A stretch of 63,974 bases of DNA, the filler included, from a bacterium (GTDB lineage Bacteria; JALSQH01): the NCBI GenBank assembly GCA_027004335.1. It is 12 parts of 12 records of this genome, joined end to end, with 100 filler letters (N's around TTAATTAATTAA, not from the genome) between each part and the next. Parts side by side here need not be neighbours in the genome. Positions count along the whole stretch, not along the records: positions 61,531 to 63,974 come from JALTID010000200.1; 11 more parts are not named here. The stretch is one strand, 5' to 3'. The notes beneath the pieces are model-generated. The model searched no databases, was not told where the DNA came from, and saw only the letters and a program-made list of their open reading frames with translations. Each line of letters begins with the position of its first letter. Within the stretch, counting starts at the first letter, position 1. This document shows, one piece after another, positions 61,431-63,974 of this stretch. Made by a program: the position numbers and the translations under genes.

Positions 61431-61907
61431 NNNNNNNNNNNNNNNNNNNNNNNNNNNNNNNNNNNNNNNNNNNNTTAATTAATTAANNNNNNNNNNNNNN
61501 NNNNNNNNNNNNNNNNNNNNNNNNNNNNNNAAAGCTGGAATTCATCCTTCAATCCCATACTTCATCCTTGAGTATAACTTTCTCCCATTGCCACCATGAT
61601 TTCAAATAGAAGATAAGATACTGGCTTAAAATAGAATTTATTCCTAATGATGAACTCGCCCTTATCTGTTGTGATGAAAATATCTACAGGTCCCGATTCG
61701 AGGAAACCCCGAGAATAGCCAGTAATTGTTCCGTTTTTCACTTGAAACTTATAGATGATGTTTGGACCAAGTTTTACGGTCTTATCTCTGCAAAAATTTT
61801 CTCCATATAGTTTTTTCTTTAAGAAATTATCAGTAACTTATAACATAAAATCTTCTATTTGAAAAGGTGTTCATTGATGGTATAATTTTTTTAAAAGGGG
61901 GTAGAAA

Positions 61908-62738
61908 ATGAAAAATTTTTTTAAATGGGAAGGTAAAAGGAGTCATGAGAAACATGGGAGAGCGGAGTTTGATCTTCCTATTTTTTATTATAGAGATGAT
62001 CTTTTTCTGGGGTTTTTTTCTGCAGATATAAAAAAAGTAAAAGAAGCTCTGCCGTCAAAACATCTTCATCCTGTAATACTCTCGCCCGGGAGGACAGTGG
62101 TAGTCATTGGAGCATTTTACTACATTGATACATCCATTGGTCCCTATGGTGAGATCCCTGTGGGAATCCCCGTAGTATGGAAAAAACCTGCAGCCCCATT
62201 TATCCCTGCACTTCTTGAAAACTATTACCCCGGTTTTGGGATCTTTGTTACGCATCTTCCTGTGACTGAAATTATTGCAAGGGACGCTGGAAGAGCCGTA
62301 TGGAATTATCCTAAATTTGTTGCTGATATGAGGTTTAAGAATACACCTGAATATATTTCTGTTGATATGGAAGAGGAGGGGAAATATGTACTTGGATTGA
62401 AAGTGGATAAAAGAGGGATTCTTGTAAAAGATAACAGGCCCCTTGTAACTTACACAGAGAAGAATGGAAAGATAATAAAAACTGTAATTCCTGTAAAGGG
62501 AATTTATATGACATGCATAAGACCTGGTAGTGGAAGGCTTGATCTGGGAAATCATTCTGTTTCTCAAACGATAAAAGAATTAGGAGTAGGAAAACATCCA
62601 TTTGTAACTCGATATTATATAGAAAGGTCAGCAATACTACCTGAAGGAGAAGTTGTTGGAGAGAGTGATAGAAGACATAATGGCTATTTCGGCAAAGATA
62701 TTGAGCATGGGAAGCTGGTGATGGAGTATGGGGAGTGA
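61908..62738 (+). CDS. Acetoacetate decarboxylase (ADC)-like family protein
   Basis: Y.DTSIGPYGE, LPVT...A..AGR.VWNYPK (Schiff-base Lys motif). Confidence 0.8.
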   Translation: MKNFFKWEGKRSHEKHGRAEFDLPIFYYRDDLFLGFFSADIKKVKEALPSKHLHPVILSPGRTVVVIGAFYYIDTSIGPYGEIPVGIPVVWKKPAAPFIPALLENYYPGFGIFVTHLPVTEIIARDAGRAVWNYPKFVADMRFKNTPEYISVDMEEEGKYVLGLKVDKRGILVKDNRPLVTYTEKNGKIIKTVIPVKGIYMTCIRPGSGRLDLGNHSVSQTIKELGVGKHPFVTRYYIERSAILPEGEVVGESDRRHNGYFGKDIEHGKLVMEYGE

Positions 62739-63435
62739 ATTAAAGAGAGATATTAAAGGTAATCTTGATAAAGATTCTCTTCCAGTTATTTTACATTCCC
62801 TTGCGAGAAGAAGTTTAACGGGGAATCTGCTTCTGAAGAGAGAAAAAGATGAGGTAAAACTTTGTGTAGAAGGGGGTCATGTAGTTTATGCTTATACCAC
62901 AATTACCTATTTGCAACCCCTTGAATTTCTGTTTGAATGGGGATTTATAAACTTAAAAGAATATGAAGACCTTAAAGAGAAAAAGATCTTAGATTTCCTC
63001 GCCTTTGAAAAAGAAAAAGTTTTTTCCGAAAAAAATTTAAGGAAGGCGGTTAGAAGAAATGTCAGAGAGATAATTTTTGATTCTCTTCAATGGCACAGGG
63101 GAGAGTATATTTTTTCTTATAAGAAATGTGAGGAATTCAAAAAAATTGCCAGGTTGAATCTCTATGATCTTTTGGTGAGGGGATTGGTAAGGGAGAAGGA
63201 TTGGAATGTGGTGAGGAAGATATTAAAACCTTATAGAAGAGTCCCAAAGTTTGATACAGGTGTGGATCCAGAGGAGATGGAGGAGATAAAATTAACAAGG
63301 GAGGAAAGTTATGTGTTACGGCTTGTGAATGGGGAGAAGAGTCTAGAAGAAATTATAGGTGAAAGTAAGCTTACAGACTTTGAAACAGGAAGAATACTTT
63401 ACGCCTTTATCCTTGCAGGTGTACTGATCTTTTAG
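62728..63435 (+). CDS. DUF4388/PATAN-like protein
   Basis: KGNL....LP.IL......LTG.L, W..GEY.F, LT.EE..VL.LVNG..SLEEI. Confidence 0.8.
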   Translation: MGSELKRDIKGNLDKDSLPVILHSLARRSLTGNLLLKREKDEVKLCVEGGHVVYAYTTITYLQPLEFLFEWGFINLKEYEDLKEKKILDFLAFEKEKVFSEKNLRKAVRRNVREIIFDSLQWHRGEYIFSYKKCEEFKKIARLNLYDLLVRGLVREKDWNVVRKILKPYRRVPKFDTGVDPEEMEEIKLTREESYVLRLVNGEKSLEEIIGESKLTDFETGRILYAFILAGVLIF

Positions 63436-63974
63436 GTTTCAAGTTTACCACGACAGCATGTTAATACATCTACTTTTGCTGCTCCAACCTTCTTTAATTC
63501 TATGGCAAGTGAATGGGCAGTTGCTCCTGTTGTTAAAATGTCATCAAAAATAAGCAGCTTTTTACCATAAACGAGTTCTGGATGTTTGGCAGCAAAGGCA
63601 TTTTTAACATTCTCCATTCTTTCTTCCCTTGAAAGGCCTACCTGGGATTTTATCTGTTTTTTCCTCTCAGCTCTTAGAATCATAGGCAGGGGTAGAACTT
63701 TATTTACACCTTTTATCATCTCTTCAGTCTGATTAAACAATCTTTTTCTCAATCTCTTCATACCTGTCGGGACAGGTACAATATAACCATAATCATCGAA
63801 ATTGAATCCCACCTTTTTTAATGCTTCTCCTGTAAATTTTCCCATCTGAAATGCTAAAACTATGTCCCTGTGGAATTTAATTTTTGTTACAAGTGATTTC
63901 ATAATGTCATTGTAAAGGAAAACTGAGAAGTTGTTATCGATCTCATAATAATCAAGAGGTCCTCCGGGATATAT
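63432..63974 (-). CDS. comF: ComF-family phosphoribosyltransferase, 5' truncated by window edge
   Basis: IVPVP, R.FNQ, Q.GLS..ER..NV..AF, DDILTTGAT. Confidence 0.9.
   Translation of the reverse strand: MYPGGPLDYYEIDNNFSVFLYNDIMKSLVTKIKFHRDIVLAFQMGKFTGEALKKVGFNFDDYGYIVPVPTGMKRLRKRLFNQTEEMIKGVNKVLPLPMILRAERKKQIKSQVGLSREERMENVKNAFAAKHPELVYGKKLLIFDDILTTGATAHSLAIELKKVGAAKVDVLTCCRGKLET

Noticed and set aside
61531-61850. Open minus-strand frame at the start of the last contig
   Set aside because: No convincing start, RBS or recognisable motif.
749-62634. Numerous short antisense or nested ORFs in the track (e.g. 9653-10534, 20994-21485, 62055-62567)
   Set aside because: They are shadows of well-supported genes on the other strand or frame and lack motifs.
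1-63974. tRNA, rRNA, CRISPR arrays, transposases
   Set aside because: None recognised by eye; intergenic spaces are short. tRNAscan or Infernal would be needed to exclude small RNAs.

Overview
This window is not one continuous locus. It is 12 short contigs joined by identical artificial 100-nt spacers (44 N + TTAATTAATTAA + 44 N), so gene neighbourhoods mean something only inside a contig. Most contigs are AT-rich and CpG-poor and encode K/E/I-rich proteins. The gene repertoire is Deltaproteobacteria/Myxococcota-like: a lidless DnaK with a J-domain/TPR partner, a DUF4388 protein, a MYXO-CTERM-like tail, GldG/DUF4340 and patatin. This suggests a probably anaerobic, possibly thermophilic, metagenome-assembled genome. 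Housekeeping genes include icd, aroC, argF/argG, radA, an RpoD-like sigma, sufCBD, fbp, paaK, lnt, recF, dnaN and comF. The strongest candidate for an undescribed system is a four-gene operon at 721-5685. It encodes a FadR-type regulator (with a sigma70 promoter and a TGGT-N3-ACCA operator), a glycyl radical enzyme that I could not place in a characterised class, its activating enzyme, and a tandem split-barrel flavin-binding protein. Other points of interest are an Hsp70/J-protein pair between argF and argG, several genes that appear to need AUA/AUU starts, a Trp/His/Gly-rich DUF5320-like protein, a degenerate GH35 lipoprotein, and one contig (32377-35590) that looks foreign (DUF1559 pseudopilin, CBM, LamG). 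I found no rRNA, tRNA, CRISPR array or IS element.
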